Source of the DNA: Octopus bimaculoides
Lineage: Eukaryota
Direction of reading: 5' to 3'
Assembly: GCF_001194135.2 (NCBI RefSeq)
Contig: NC_068988.1
Location: 73,322,362 to 73,386,361, forward strand
DNA: 64,000 bases
The notes beneath the pieces were generated by a model. It saw only the letters and a list, made by a program, of their open reading frames with translations, had not been told where the DNA came from and searched no databases. A program made the position numbers and the translations under genes. Shown piece by piece: positions 49,201 through 60,700 of the stretch. Position 1 is the first letter of the stretch; each line of letters opens with the position of its first letter.

Positions 49201-49964
49201 ATATTATTATTATTATTATTATTATCATCATCATTATTATTATTATTATTCAGGTTACTGCCTGGAATTGAACTCGGAACTCTTAACCATTACGCCATTT
49301 GCCTGTTTGTAGAATTCAAGAAGTTCAACTGATGTGAATTCTGAGAATGATGAAAACAGAGCAAGTGGTGGTGTCACTTTGGCTGCAAGGTAGTAAATGG
49401 TAAAAGGATAGAAGTGAAGGTATGATGTAGGTGGGGTAGATAGTGATGTGGGGAAGGTATTGTTCGGAGTTTGATGTTGATGAAGAGGAGGAGGTAGAGT
49501 TCAAGTTAAGATAACAGGAGGAAAATAGATGGTAAAAGTGGTGTGAAATAAAAAATTATGTACACCCAGAGAGATATTTAAAAATACCTAATAGAAAATA
49601 GCAGAGAAATAAAAATGACCCCACTACTGCTGTTGCCACTAGCAACTGGACAAAAATCACCATCACTACTACCACAATATTGGGACATGTGTGTGGTTGC
49701 ATGCCTGGATGTGTGGATGTCTGTAAAATATTTATGTATCCAGGTATGAGATCAATGGACAGGGTGACTATCAGACACTGTGGTTGATGTTTCTCATAGT
49801 ATACTTGTGTTAGAGTGATTCTGATATACTTATAGGATAGTAGATATATGTTTGTAAGCATAATAGATAATATAGGATACCTGGGGTACATATACCCTAG
49901 TACCACTAATATGGATGGGTGGACACATGGGGGTGTGTGTATGTGTATATATATATATATCATC

Positions 49965-50188
49965 ATCATCATCATCATCATCGTTTAACGTCCGCTTTCC
50001 ATGCTAGCATGGGTTGGATGATTTGACTGAGGACTGGTGAAACCGGATGGCAACACCAGGCTCCAGTCTGATTTGGCAGAGTTTCTACAGCTGGATGCCC
50101 TTCCTAACGCCAACCACTCAGAGAGTGTAGTGGGTGCTTTTACGTGTCACCCGCACGAAAACGGCCACGCTTGAAATGGTGTCTTTTA
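49965..50188 (-). mobile_element. RTE 3' tail with (GAT)n, little diverged
   Basis: (CAT)n then CGTTTAACGTCCGCTTTCCATGCTAGCATGGG...; runs into gap. Confidence 0.85.
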
Positions 50189-50979
50189 NNNNNNNNNNNN
50201 NNNNNNNNNNNNNNNNNNNNNNNNNNNNNNNNNNNNNNNNNNNNNNNNNNNNNNNNNNNNNNNNNNNNNNNNNNNNNNNNNNNNNNNNNNNNNNNNNNNN
50301 NNNNNNNNNNNNNNNNNNNNNNNNNNNNNNNNNNNNNNNNNNNNNNNNNNNNNNNNNNNNNNNNNNNNNNNNNNNNNNNNNNNNNNNNNNNNNNNNNNNN
50401 NNNNNNNNNNNNNNNNNNNNNNNNNNNNNNNNNNNNNNNNNNNNNNNNNNNNNNNNNNNNNNNNNNNNNNNNNNNNNNNNNNNNNNNNNNNNNNNNNNNN
50501 NNNNNNNNNNNNNNNNNNNNNNNNNNNNNNNNNNNNNNNNNNNNNNNNNNNNNNNNNNNNNNNNNNNNNNNNNNNNNNNNNNNNNNNNNNNNNNNNNNNN
50601 NNNNNNNNNNNNNNNNNNNNNNNNNNNNNNNNNNNNNNNNNNNNNNNNNNNNNNNNNNNNNNNNNNNNNNNNNNNNNNNNNNNNNNNNNNNNNNNNNNNN
50701 NNNNNNNNNNNNNNNNNNNNNNNNNNNNNNNNNNNNNNNNNNNNNNNNNNNNNNNNNNNNNNNNNNNNNNNNNNNNNNNNNNNNNNNNNNNNNNNNNNNN
50801 NNNNNNNNNNNNNNNNNNNNNNNNNNNNNNNNNNNNNNNNNNNNNNNNNNNNNNNNNNNNNNNNNNNNNNNNNNNNNNNNNNNNNNNNNNNNNNNNNNNN
50901 NNNNNNNNNNNNNNNNNNNNNNNNNNNNNNNNNNNNNNNNNNNNNNNNNNNNNNNNNNNNNNNNNNNNNNNNNNNNNNN
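50189..50979. other. Assembly gap (791 N)
   Basis: N run. Confidence 1.
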
Positions 50980-51240
50980 ACCCACCCCCACTACTAACTT
51001 GGTCGCCCAGATAGCGGAAGCTATCGACTACCTCTAGTTTTTCACCCTGGAATGAGATAGAAGTTGTTTCCTGTTTGTTTACAGTCTTTATTGCACCTGA
51101 ACATCTGCCACAAACAAAAACTAACTTGCTAGTTAACCTGCCTTTGATGTTGCTGCACCTCTTATGTGTCCATAGCTTGCACCGGGTACATCTTATAGAG
51201 TTACTACCTACTCCTTTTCTACATACCTGAAGGGGGGATA
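50980..51240 (-). mobile_element. RTE RT fragment with PHD-like zinc finger
   Basis: Open frame VCRKGVGSNSIRCTRCKLWTHKRCSNIKGRLTSKLVFVCGRCSG...LEVVDSFRYLGDQVSSGGG. Confidence 0.85.
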
Positions 51241-51249
51241 ATCACCATC

Positions 51250-51435
51250 ATCATTCAGTGTCTGTTTTCCTTGCTGATATGGGGTTTGGTAGTTTGACAA
51301 GATCTAGTGAGCTGCAGGGCTGCATCATGCCCCATGCCAGTTTTGGCATGGTTTCTACAACTGTATGACCTTCCTAATGCCAACCACTTTACAATGTGTA
51401 CTGGGTGCTTTTTCATGCCACCAGCACTAGTGAGG
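51250..51435 (-). mobile_element. RTE-type 3' tail repeat
   Basis: Reverse complement of the common tail (GGCATTAGGAAGG...GTAGAAACCATGCCAAAA). Confidence 0.7.
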
Positions 51436-51437
51436 TT

Positions 51438-53770
51438 GGAATCGCTAATGGTGTCACTAGCTTTCAGTATATAATTGATGGCATAATAAAAAAAAAAAAA
51501 AGATTTACAACCACCTTTGATGATGCTTACGGACATAATACCCAAGATCACAACTTGACATTCTTAGGTGTAGTGAATAACCTTACTTTAAACAAAGAAT
51601 ACATTTTCTTCTATAGTTATTAATTTAATTTGCTACATAATTAATATTGAATTAATTAGAATAGATCCAAAATGTAAGTGATCTTCATCAACCAAAAAAC
51701 ATGACATCTCTCAAGCATACAATTAACATGTTTACCTATTACACTCATGTTAGATTCTAAAATTTTCTGAGAAACTCCATTGTTTAGTTACTATGAAATG
51801 CTTTCCCTTCTCTTCAACACAGAAAGCTTTTATGAGTTCTAAAGTAGGACGTTACCAACTCGGCTGTGAAAACTATTGATTCAGCTGTGGTACAGGTGGT
51901 TGAGACTGATGCTTCAGATCATGCCATTTGCTGTCATCCTATGTCTGTTGAGATGCCTTGTGTCTTCCTTTTCAAGAACATGTTCACCTTGTGAGCAGAT
52001 ATTCTTCTGTGGAAAGAGAAACCTATACTATTGTAGAGTCTTTAATGTAGTGGGAAGACTATCTACTTAGCTTCCAATTCCAGATCAGAGATCAGGTGCT
52101 TTCATGTTTGATAATACATGGAGTAATAAAATAAAGAACAAGAAAATAAATCTTTAATGAATAAAACTGTCCTGCTTGCACTGTGACATTACTTATAGGT
52201 TAGGGAAAGTCAATACTGCTGCTAAGATAGCTTTCTAAATTTGTACTGTAATGAGATGGTTGTATTTTATAAAGATTTGTGCCATCCCAGCATTACATGA
52301 ATGCTTCATTTCATGCATCCCCAAAATCTTTTATATTCTGTAGAGGAAGTCAAAAGAATGATCTCTACACACTCTAAATGTGCTAAAATAAAGCTAAGAC
52401 CTTACAATCCAATACTAACTCATGTGATAAAAGCTATTCAGTCCTTTAAGAGACTAGGCCTTAATTTTATGAACCTTTCCTCTTAGCTACAAATGAACCA
52501 ATATTTTCTAACCATTGTGGATGAATTCTCAAAGTTCCTTTTTGCTTTCCCATGTGCAGATATGGCTACTAAAACTATAATTAAGCGCTAATTAAAACTC
52601 TTCTCAATTTTTGGAATGCTGTTATATATTCATTCTGATAGTGGTGTATCCTTCATGTTGAAGGATTTATAACAATTCTTGCACCAGCAAAGTATAGCTA
52701 CTAAGAGAACTATTCCTTACAGCCCTCAAGGGAATGGACAAACAGAACAGTTCAATGGAGTAATTTGGGGGCCGATATTATTAGCCCTGAAATTGTGACA
52801 CATGAAACCTTTAGAAAAGGAACAAGCTCTCAATATACAATCTGTCTGTCCCCACTCTTGACTTCAACAAATTACACATATAAATGTCTTTTTAACAATT
52901 ATAGCAAATCTTCAAGTAGGCGGTCAGTCTCTTCATGGCTCTCGTCACTGAGTTCTTGAGCCGTCACAACTTCCAGAATAAACATGGGCACTATCATGCT
53001 ATTTAGCTGTCAGAAGTGAAAGTGCTCACTGCTAGTGAAGTATCTGTCTGTCTGTCTGCCTGCCTGTTGCTGGCCTGTCGATTCTTTGGCTACTGACAGC
53101 TAATACCATGACTGGCCGGAGCGAGCTATATGTCTGTCTGTCTGTCTGTCTCTCTATCTATCTATTACTCGAAAGTTATTGGAACAAATTCGACACCTAT
53201 ATCCATGCGTTTGAAAACACAACACAGAGTATAAGGGTACTCGCGTCCGCGCTAGCTAGTCGTGAGTGGTCGATCCTATTATTTTTAAACTTCAAACTTC
53301 ATTTGTTTTCTATTTTGATAAATTCTCTCTGTTGAAAATTATATTTTTATATTTTAAATAATTTGCAATTTCAGGAAATATGTTTTTATATTAAATTTGT
53401 GTTTTCTAATAAGGTGGACGAGTGATTGATAGATAGGTAGATAGTAGATAGATATCAGTAAGTAAGTAAGCCAATAGCTCGCTCCGGCCAGTCATGGTAT
53501 TAGCTGTCAGTAGCCAAAGAATCAACTCAAACCAGCAACAGGCAGGCAGACAGACAGACACTTCACTAGCAGTGAGCACTTTCACTTCTGACAGCTAATA
53601 GCATGATAGTGCCTAAACATGACCCTTGGATGAAGTGAATGACCCTTGGATGACCTAGTGGATGAAGTGAAACTTTTGAATGTGAATCCTCACTTTGTGG
53701 ATATCAGATTCATTGATAGTTGTATGTCCACTGTTTCATTAAAACACGGTTCCATGTGGAGATGTCTCTT
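51438..53770 (+). mobile_element. Gypsy/Ty3 LTR-retrotransposon pol remnant (RT end - RNase H - integrase), interrupted by a MITE
   Basis: GIANGVTSFQYIIDGII (RT); VVETDASDHAI...SFSRT...SVERETYTIVE (RNase H); DLCHP..., FLTIVDEFSKF, IHSDSGVSF, PYSPQGNGQTE (integrase); DLVDEVKLLNVNPHFVDIRFID...TVSLKH (C-terminus). Confidence 0.88.
52987..53613. mobile_element. MITE with about 140-bp TIRs and 8-bp TSD (TAAACATG), Merlin-like ends
   Basis: TIRs 52987-53129 and 53474-53613 start GGCACTATCATGC; TAAACATG at 52979-52986 and 53614-53621. Confidence 0.92.
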
Positions 53771-54462
53771 CCAATTTTGTATTTAAACCAATAGTATACG
53801 AGCCCCACGAACAAATGATGCTTCAGAACGCTCTTGAACTTGATACTGCTACACCTATAAATATGTAAGGCGACGGGGATGAACTCTCCGTTACAACCCC
53901 TCCCCACTCAACCATATTAAACAACAAACCGCTGAATTCAAGACATTCGGTATTTCCACTCGGAAATTAACGCAAATCTAATACCTAATATATATATAAT
54001 CAGTGTAGGTCATAAGAACATCACGACCTCAAACCTTAGCAACCATAAGTAAGGTTATTAGACAGCAAAAGGCATAGGCATGATATAAGTATAAAACGTA
54101 TTCTCGAAGATAAGTTATTTTCAGACAACTTTCAGAGCAAAATTAATGTTTCAGTTGTTATATTAAAGTTTCTAGACGGCGGTCAGACGTCAAGTTTGAT
54201 AGTTTAGTTACCATCCTATTTTTATTTAAACAAGTGTACCTAGAATTACATTATCTATTGTATACATCTTTTTCAAAGACTGCAAGGTGTTGTTTGAACA
54301 ACTTTTTGGCTGCCATTTCTAGCACATCAGTGTCAACGTTCTGTGCTCCTTTATAGGCTCGAGTTTGACAGAGACTTTTAACGATAATTATAAGAAGTCG
54401 TCATTAGGATTAGTATACTGTAAAAAGTTAAAACGAAACCGAACTATTCAAAATGTACTTAC

Positions 54463-54550
54463 AGTTTTTTAGTGGAGACTATTAATAGGTCTCAAAGACA
54501 ATGAGGAAATGTTCTCAAGTTATTTCCCTTCTTCCAACCGGATATCTATT
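54463..54550 (-). other. Candidate non-coding first exon (possibly SMIM12 5'UTR)
   Basis: Minus-strand donor AAAACT|GTAAGTA at 54462 in unique sequence with more CpG than its flanks; link to the 43150 acceptor is inferred only. Confidence 0.3.
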
Positions 54551-55125
54551 TGTTAATTTGCATTTTTCTTCTTGAAACACCCGGCCAACGGGGTATTTAT
54601 ATGATTTTACTAACTTTGGATCGAACGTATTTTCACATCTTACCTTTTTTTTTTTAACTTATTGTTTTAATCTATACTTTAAATACTCTGCTTAACAATT
54701 TGACTTGCATTATCTTTACTTATACAATCCTTAAATGTTATCTTATTGAATCTCATTTTTAAATTTATCTCTGCAGACAGACAGACAGACCTTCTACAGA
54801 ATTCAGAGTTGTAGAGTTAAACTTCAAAATGGGAACATCTGGATCTTTTTTGTTTTCTTGGAGATTTTTTCGGTTCTCAATGGATTGTTATCAAATTTTC
54901 CATACAGACGTAGTTTTGCAGGCTGATGACGAATATCGCCTTTCCCATTATTTGCAATTTTTCATCTCCGAATTTTGGGTGGGGTATGGCAGTAGCAACA
55001 AATTTTATTTTTTGAAAAATTAATAACGATAAACAAGATAGAAGTATGTAAAGTTATATATTTTCTAGGCAATGAAATGAGTCCAGTGTCGTCACAAACG
55101 GAAATCAAAACTGTTTGCTGCTACA

Positions 55126-55139
55126 GTTGCCATGACAAC
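55126..55139. promoter_or_regulatory. RFX X-box motif
   Basis: GTTGCCATGACAAC (13/14 to palindromic GTTGCCATGGCAAC), with CGGAA (ETS-like) at about 55099 in non-repeat DNA. Confidence 0.6.
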
Positions 55140-55559
55140 AAACAGATTTGTTGAAAATGAAGTAAATTTCGTTGAGTTCATAAACATTCTGTTACGTTGA
55201 CACGGGAACTGTGAAAATTGAATAGTTTTTTTTTTAAATCTAATGAAATCAAACAAACAAAAAGGGAGGCTTTTTTTTAAAAAAAAGAATTAAATAAAAG
55301 AAAACAAAACGAAAATGAAGCCATCCTGATCCTGACTAACAAATGCCATTCTTCTGCAGTTTCTTGAAATAATTTCCATCTACTTTTTGGCAGCACTACA
55401 TAGAATTTTGAGAACTTTATTATGTCTCCTTTTATACCTTTCTGGTGCCATTGAGCAGTTAGATCAAATATACTTTAACGTTGCAACTTCCCATCATTTG
55501 CAATTTTTTATCTCAGAAGATTGGGTAGGCGGGGTGGTGGTAGTAGCAACAAATTTAGT

Positions 55560-56290
55560 CCATCAAGACTTTGTTCAAAGCACTTTCTTATTTATCATAG
55601 TCCATTGGGCCATAATAGAAGAGTTTAAAACTGGTTGCCTTTGGGAGCATTCATGTGTTGATGACCTGGTCCTTATAGCTGAATTTATACTAGAATTTGA
55701 GAAAAAATTTCAAGTGTGGAAGCAAGACCTGGATTCAAAGGGCATTAGAGATAATATAGCATAGACCAAAGTCCTAGTAAGCAGAAAGGCAGACACATCA
55801 CTAATCCTTCCAGGGAAATGACCCTGCTCAATATACAGAAAAGGTGTTAGAAGAAATTCTGTATGATGTACGAAGTGCAAGCTACTGTCACATAAGAAAT
55901 GCAATGGAATTACAGAACGATTAACAGGGAAAGTAGTCTTTGTGTGTGACATGTGCTCAAACACTCAAGAAATAAGATTTCTTCAAATGCCCAGGAGTTT
56001 CTTTAGAAGTAGTAGACAGTTTCTGTTCTCTAAGTGACCTAGTTAACAGTGGAAGAGGATGCTCTGGAAGCATAATGACAAGAAATTACAGAAATTGGGG
56101 AAATTTCAGAGAGCTATTATCTTTGTTGGTGACAAAGAGCTTCTCCCTCAGAGTGAAAGACAAATTGTATGATGCTTGTGTATGAACAGCAATGCTACAT
56201 GGTAGTTAAATGTGGGCTGTGAATATGGAGGACATGTAAAGAAATGAACCTAGCATGCTCTACTGGATATCAGTGTGCATGTACAACAAA
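55560..56290 (+). mobile_element. RTE RT fragment
   Basis: SCVDDLVLIAE, PCSIYRKGVRRNS, EVVDSFCSLSDLVNSGRG, LYDACV. Confidence 0.8.
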
Positions 56291-56399
56291 GTATAAATGT
56301 GTTGGACTGAGGTGATTGGTAACTTGCTGTGCTTGGGAAGATCCATGTATCTAAGTAAAAATGAGGCCCTAAAGGCTTATGTCTCTGCCCCTCTTCCTA

Positions 56400-57000
56400 A
56401 CAACACATCTTTCTAATACCCTTCCTCCACCTATGTTCACTGTTCACTACATTCTCCTTCCCTCTATCTCCCACTCATCTTTTGTTTACTTGCGCACTTA
56501 CCTGTGCACAATCTATCCCTGACAAGTCTCTTCCCTGCAACTCATCTTCTTAAACTCCCTCCCTCATTTGTGTTCACAATCTCATGAACTCACCTACCCA
56601 TCCTATCCAATCCTCTGTACTGCCTCACTTATATACCTATCCCTGTAACTTGAGAGTGCATCTGACACATCTTCCTCATCTCTCCCCCCCTCTCTCTCTT
56701 TTCAACTGGGGTAGTCATGTACCTCCTCTACTGCAAGACACCTCTATCATACTTTAACCTTTCATTACCTGGCACAAAACCACCACCCTCAATACCACTC
56801 CTGCTTCAGTTGAGGGGTCTTGTCTTGCAAGTTACTTAGCTGGTGCCACATAAAAAAGCACTCAACACTCTGTAAAGTGGTTGGCATTAGGAAGGGCATC
56901 TAGCTGTAAAAACCATGCCAAAGCAGGTCTCTGGTTTGCCAGCTCCTGTCAAATTGTCCAACCTATGCCAGCATGGAAGGCAGACATTAAAAGATGATGT
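56400..57000 (+). repeat. RTE-associated pyrimidine-rich region and 3' tail
   Basis: Ends GCCAGCATGGAAGGCAGACATTAAAAGATGATG. Confidence 0.65.
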
Positions 57001-57004
57001 ACTT

Positions 57005-57935
57005 TTTGCTTACAAGCTATCCTTGGCTTGTGCCATATTCTCAATGCTTCTACTCCTATTGGACAACAAGTCAGTGTACCATTGTTCTAAACGTTTAACA
57101 GGTTTGTTTTTAACTGTTGGCATGGTTTCTCCTACTATTTTGGACTTCACTTCCTTCTGCCAACCTTTGGTACCCATCAGATTGCGTGACTTTTTTGCTT
57201 TAAATAACATTGTTGACCGAGTAATTAATTCATCCAGTCTAGCTAGAATTATTTGCATATCTTTTTGGTCTCTTTTTAATATTGTTATGCTATCCATGAA
57301 TGCCTTCTTTGGTGATTTCACTCTAGCCATTTCTTCTGTGCAATCTACTGATCTAAGTAGCATCTCTATAACAAGTACAAACCAAATGACTAAAATTGTG
57401 CAACCCTGCAGCAATTCCACTTTCAAGACGATGCCAGTCTCTTGTGAAATTTTCCGTTATGAATTACCTTTTGAAATTGTAGTAGCTCCTCATAAGATAC
57501 TTCTCTTGCATGTAATAGAAGTCCATTGTTTTCCAAGAAGTCCGAGTGTTTGCCAGATCAATTGTATTGCATCCCAGATTGAAAAAATGTCTGCTCAACA
57601 TACCAGGAATTGAGGGGATACCAATTTTCTTAACACTCATATTCACGTAGTCATTATTTTGTACATATGTAACTGTTCTCTTAGCAAGTAAATCTGTTAA
57701 ACTTGCCAGCTACATTCAGGACTGAAAATGGTCTGAACTGGCCAATCAGTTCTGCCTCAGTTTCCTTTGGTAAGTAAATACTTCTGCTTTGAACCAGTCT
57801 TCAACGAGTTCACCATGAGCTATAATATAGTACTTGTACTCTTTGTATAATACATCATCGTCTCCTGGTACACTTTTTGCTCTTCCTTTCTTCACTAAGC
57901 TATCTACTTCTTTCTTTCTGAAATCATTGAACTAA
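57005..57935 (-). mobile_element. Hero-like (R2/NeSL group) non-LTR retrotransposon RT fragment
   Basis: QFRPFSVLNVAGK, YVNMSVKKIGIPSIPG, IDLANT, DWHRLESGIAAG, CTILVIWFVL, AFMDSITI, MLFKAKKSR, PVKRLEQWY are colinear with the recalled Hero RT (TSVQKGGIPG..LDLANAYGS..GCTISVILF..AFMDDLT..MSFKPTKSR..PVKSLG). Confidence 0.75.
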
Positions 57936-57974
57936 AATTTGATTCACTGTAGGACTCCTGTATATCTCAATTAC

Positions 57975-58520
57975 TCAGGAGGATCCCTAGAGATCACAGA
58001 TAGCACTTGTTACCTGGAGGATGACCTGAAAGTATAGTTGTTAGAATAACAACAAGTTGTTGAAAATTCAGAAAACTATTACCTCTGATGGTAACAAAAG
58101 GTTTCATTCTCAGAGTGAACGGCAGATTATATGATGCTTGTGTACGAACAGCAATGCTACATGGTAGTGAGATATGGGTTGTGAATGCAGGGGACATATG
58201 AAGACTTGAAAGAAATGAAGTTAATGTGCTGTTGAATATGTAACATAATGTGCATGAACAATAAAGCACAAATTTGTTGAGAAAAGTTGAATATAAGAGG
58301 AATCAGATATAGTGTGCAAGAGAGAAGACTGTGGTAGTATGTCATGCAATGCATATGGATGAGGACAACTGTGTAAAGAAGAGCTGATCACTTAGCATGG
58401 ATGAACCCAGGAAGACATGAGATGAAGTAGTAAAGACTGATCTCAGGACTTTGAATCTCATGGAGGAGATGTGGACTGAGACAACTGGGAATATGTTATA
58501 CTCAAGAACATCTGCCTAGC
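57975..58520 (+). mobile_element. RTE C-terminal fragment
   Basis: CYL...VVRIT..KFRKLLPLMVTKGFILRVNGRLYDACVRTAMLHGSEIW. Confidence 0.8.
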
Positions 58521-58799
58521 TTGGCAAAACAGGTTCTGGGAGCATAGTGTCATCATCATGTCTATATGCAAAATGGGTCCTTTGTCCAATTTCCACATCA
58601 AGCTTTCCCTACCGCAGCAGGTTTCCTAGGTATTATTTCAAATATTTACTACTGCCACTGAGGTCTGCATCTGCAGTGGCTTCACCTAGGCTGTCAGTCA
58701 CTGATTTCTTAATCACTTGTCTAAATGCAGTATTTCACTGCTGTAATTAAATGAGGACAGAACTGCATATTTTTTCTGTGATATCTGTCATCTTTCTCA

Positions 58800-59690
58800 C
58801 TACTTGGATTCACTTCACTTGACATTTGTCTTCTGCTCACACTTTACATTATCACCCCCCCCCTTCTATACTACCAAATTGTCTCTCCCTCTTCACTGAA
58901 CTACATCCTGTGGACTTTTCTGTATCACCACACATCTCTCACTCTCCCCCACACTCTACATCTGTCTCTCCACTCACACTTTTACAACCTGCCCACCCAC
59001 ATGTCATCTTTCTCTTATCCTTCTCCTGCCAACTATATTATTGCTATTCTGCTGCTCTTTATTCATTCTTACTGTCTGACCTTCCCTCCAACTCATATCT
59101 ATCAGTGATCACCTTTTCATTATTCACTATATCAGCCCCCAGCCCTACCCAATCTCTAATCATCTACTCTCACCTACCTTCCATCCAACTCATAACCCAT
59201 ATTTATCATTACCCCCCACCATCCTCAACTCTTGTCTATCATTCAGTATATTTGCACCCCTACCCTGACTCTAACCATTCCTCCCTTGCCCTATACATTC
59301 TTGCAGCTTTCACTGACCCACCCTTTCTGTTCTTTTGCTCCCAGGAATTATCCTAACATCTTGTCATTGCCATCTTGATTTCTCTTTCCACTTCTACCCC
59401 AATTACTCCTTTCAGCTCTTGTATAATGTGAGTAACCATTTATCCCTTCTACAACAAAAATCCTTTTTTGACCCCCTTCCTTCATACTAGCATTAAGTTG
59501 GCTCCCTGAACTATTGGTGTTATGAAAAAAAGCATTCAGTTCACTCTGTTAAGTGGTTGTCTTTAGAAAAGGCATCCAGCCATAGAAACGATGCCAAAGT
59601 AGATACTGGAGTGCAACACAGTCCTTTGACCCATGAGATCCTGTCAAACTAACCAACCCACCCATGCCAGTATGGAAGAGTAAATGCTCA
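58800..59690 (+). repeat. Pyrimidine-rich repeat with RTE-type tail
   Basis: Related to 15940-16920; ends CCCATGCCAGTATGGAAG. Confidence 0.55.
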
Positions 59691-59883
59691 AATGTCTGTT
59701 TTAAACTTTTCCAAAACACTTTTCAATATATCATACAAGTTAAATGTTATTTCAGTAGCAGTGAGTGCTTTCAAATAAATACTAATATGCTTTTGCCTAG
59801 AACCAAAGCTATATCCTAAAGTTAGGTTGCACTACTTATTACTACAACTGAATGGAACATGAACCAAGGAAAGCCTCCTCACC

Positions 59884-60700
59884 AGAGGTTCTCAGTTGGG
59901 GTGCTGCAACACTTTGGTGTGTCTTAAAAACTGAGCAAGCATGCCACAAACACTTTTCCCATTCTAAGTAAAAAGAAAACCCATATGTGACAATGAAAAA
60001 GAGAAGAAAAGAGAAAGTGATGAGTCATGAACTTTTTATTGATTTTGATATTAACTAGATATAAGGCGGCAAGTTGGCAGAACCATTACCATGCCAAGCA
60101 AAATGTTTTTTATCCTTCTATGTTCTGAGTTAAATTTCACCAGGTCATCTTTGACTTTCTTCTTTCAGGGTCGATTATATTGGCCCCAGTTGAGCACTGG
60201 GGTCGATATAATTGATTTAACTCGACCCTTGAAATGTCTGGCCTTGTGCCAAAATTTGAAGTTAATATTAACTAGATATCTTAACTCTTCATTAAAAGAA
60301 TTGAGTAAAATGTTGGCTTCCTTGATTTATTATTTCGTATTGTCAATTTGATTACTTAGTTGACATGTTTGTTGTTTGCTTTCAATCAAAATATATAGAT
60401 TTGTTGTAAAAAAAAAGCAATTTGCAGGTGAGGACAGACCAGACGGTGAAAGTAGACAAATCATTGAGAAATGATTCTTGTGATTTAGTGAATGAGTGTC
60501 AGTCAAGCTTAACTATCCCAAGAGCTTGAAAAATTCATGTAAGAATAGGCAGTGTTTCAAGTCTTATAGATATTATTTAGTTTCATTTGGCATGGACAAA
60601 AAGAAGACTCCCTCCCTGAGTGTCCTGTTTGTAAGAAGAAATTGACTGAAAAGGCAACAATGCCAAACAAATCAGTCCTAACTCACGTGAAATGGTGGAA
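59884..60700 (+). mobile_element. hAT (Buster/Charlie-like) 5' fragment
   Basis: Starts CAGAGGTTCTCAGTTGGGGTG (hAT-type TIR); FIWHGQKEDSLPECPVCKKKLTEKATMPNK resembles the Buster BED-finger region; SINE-B inserted inside. Confidence 0.65.
60065..60262 (+). mobile_element. SINE family B
   Basis: GGCGGCAAGTTGGCAGAACC head; CTGGGGTCGATATAAT core. Confidence 0.85.

Noticed and set aside
53815-53935. Box C/D snoRNA (ATGATG ... CTGA)
   Set aside because: Box C is imperfect, with no terminal stem or recognisable antisense element.
56915-57613. 232-aa plus-strand ORF and 138-aa minus ORF as host membrane proteins
   Set aside because: The minus frame is Hero-like RT; the plus ORF is its antisense shadow and starts in an RTE tail.
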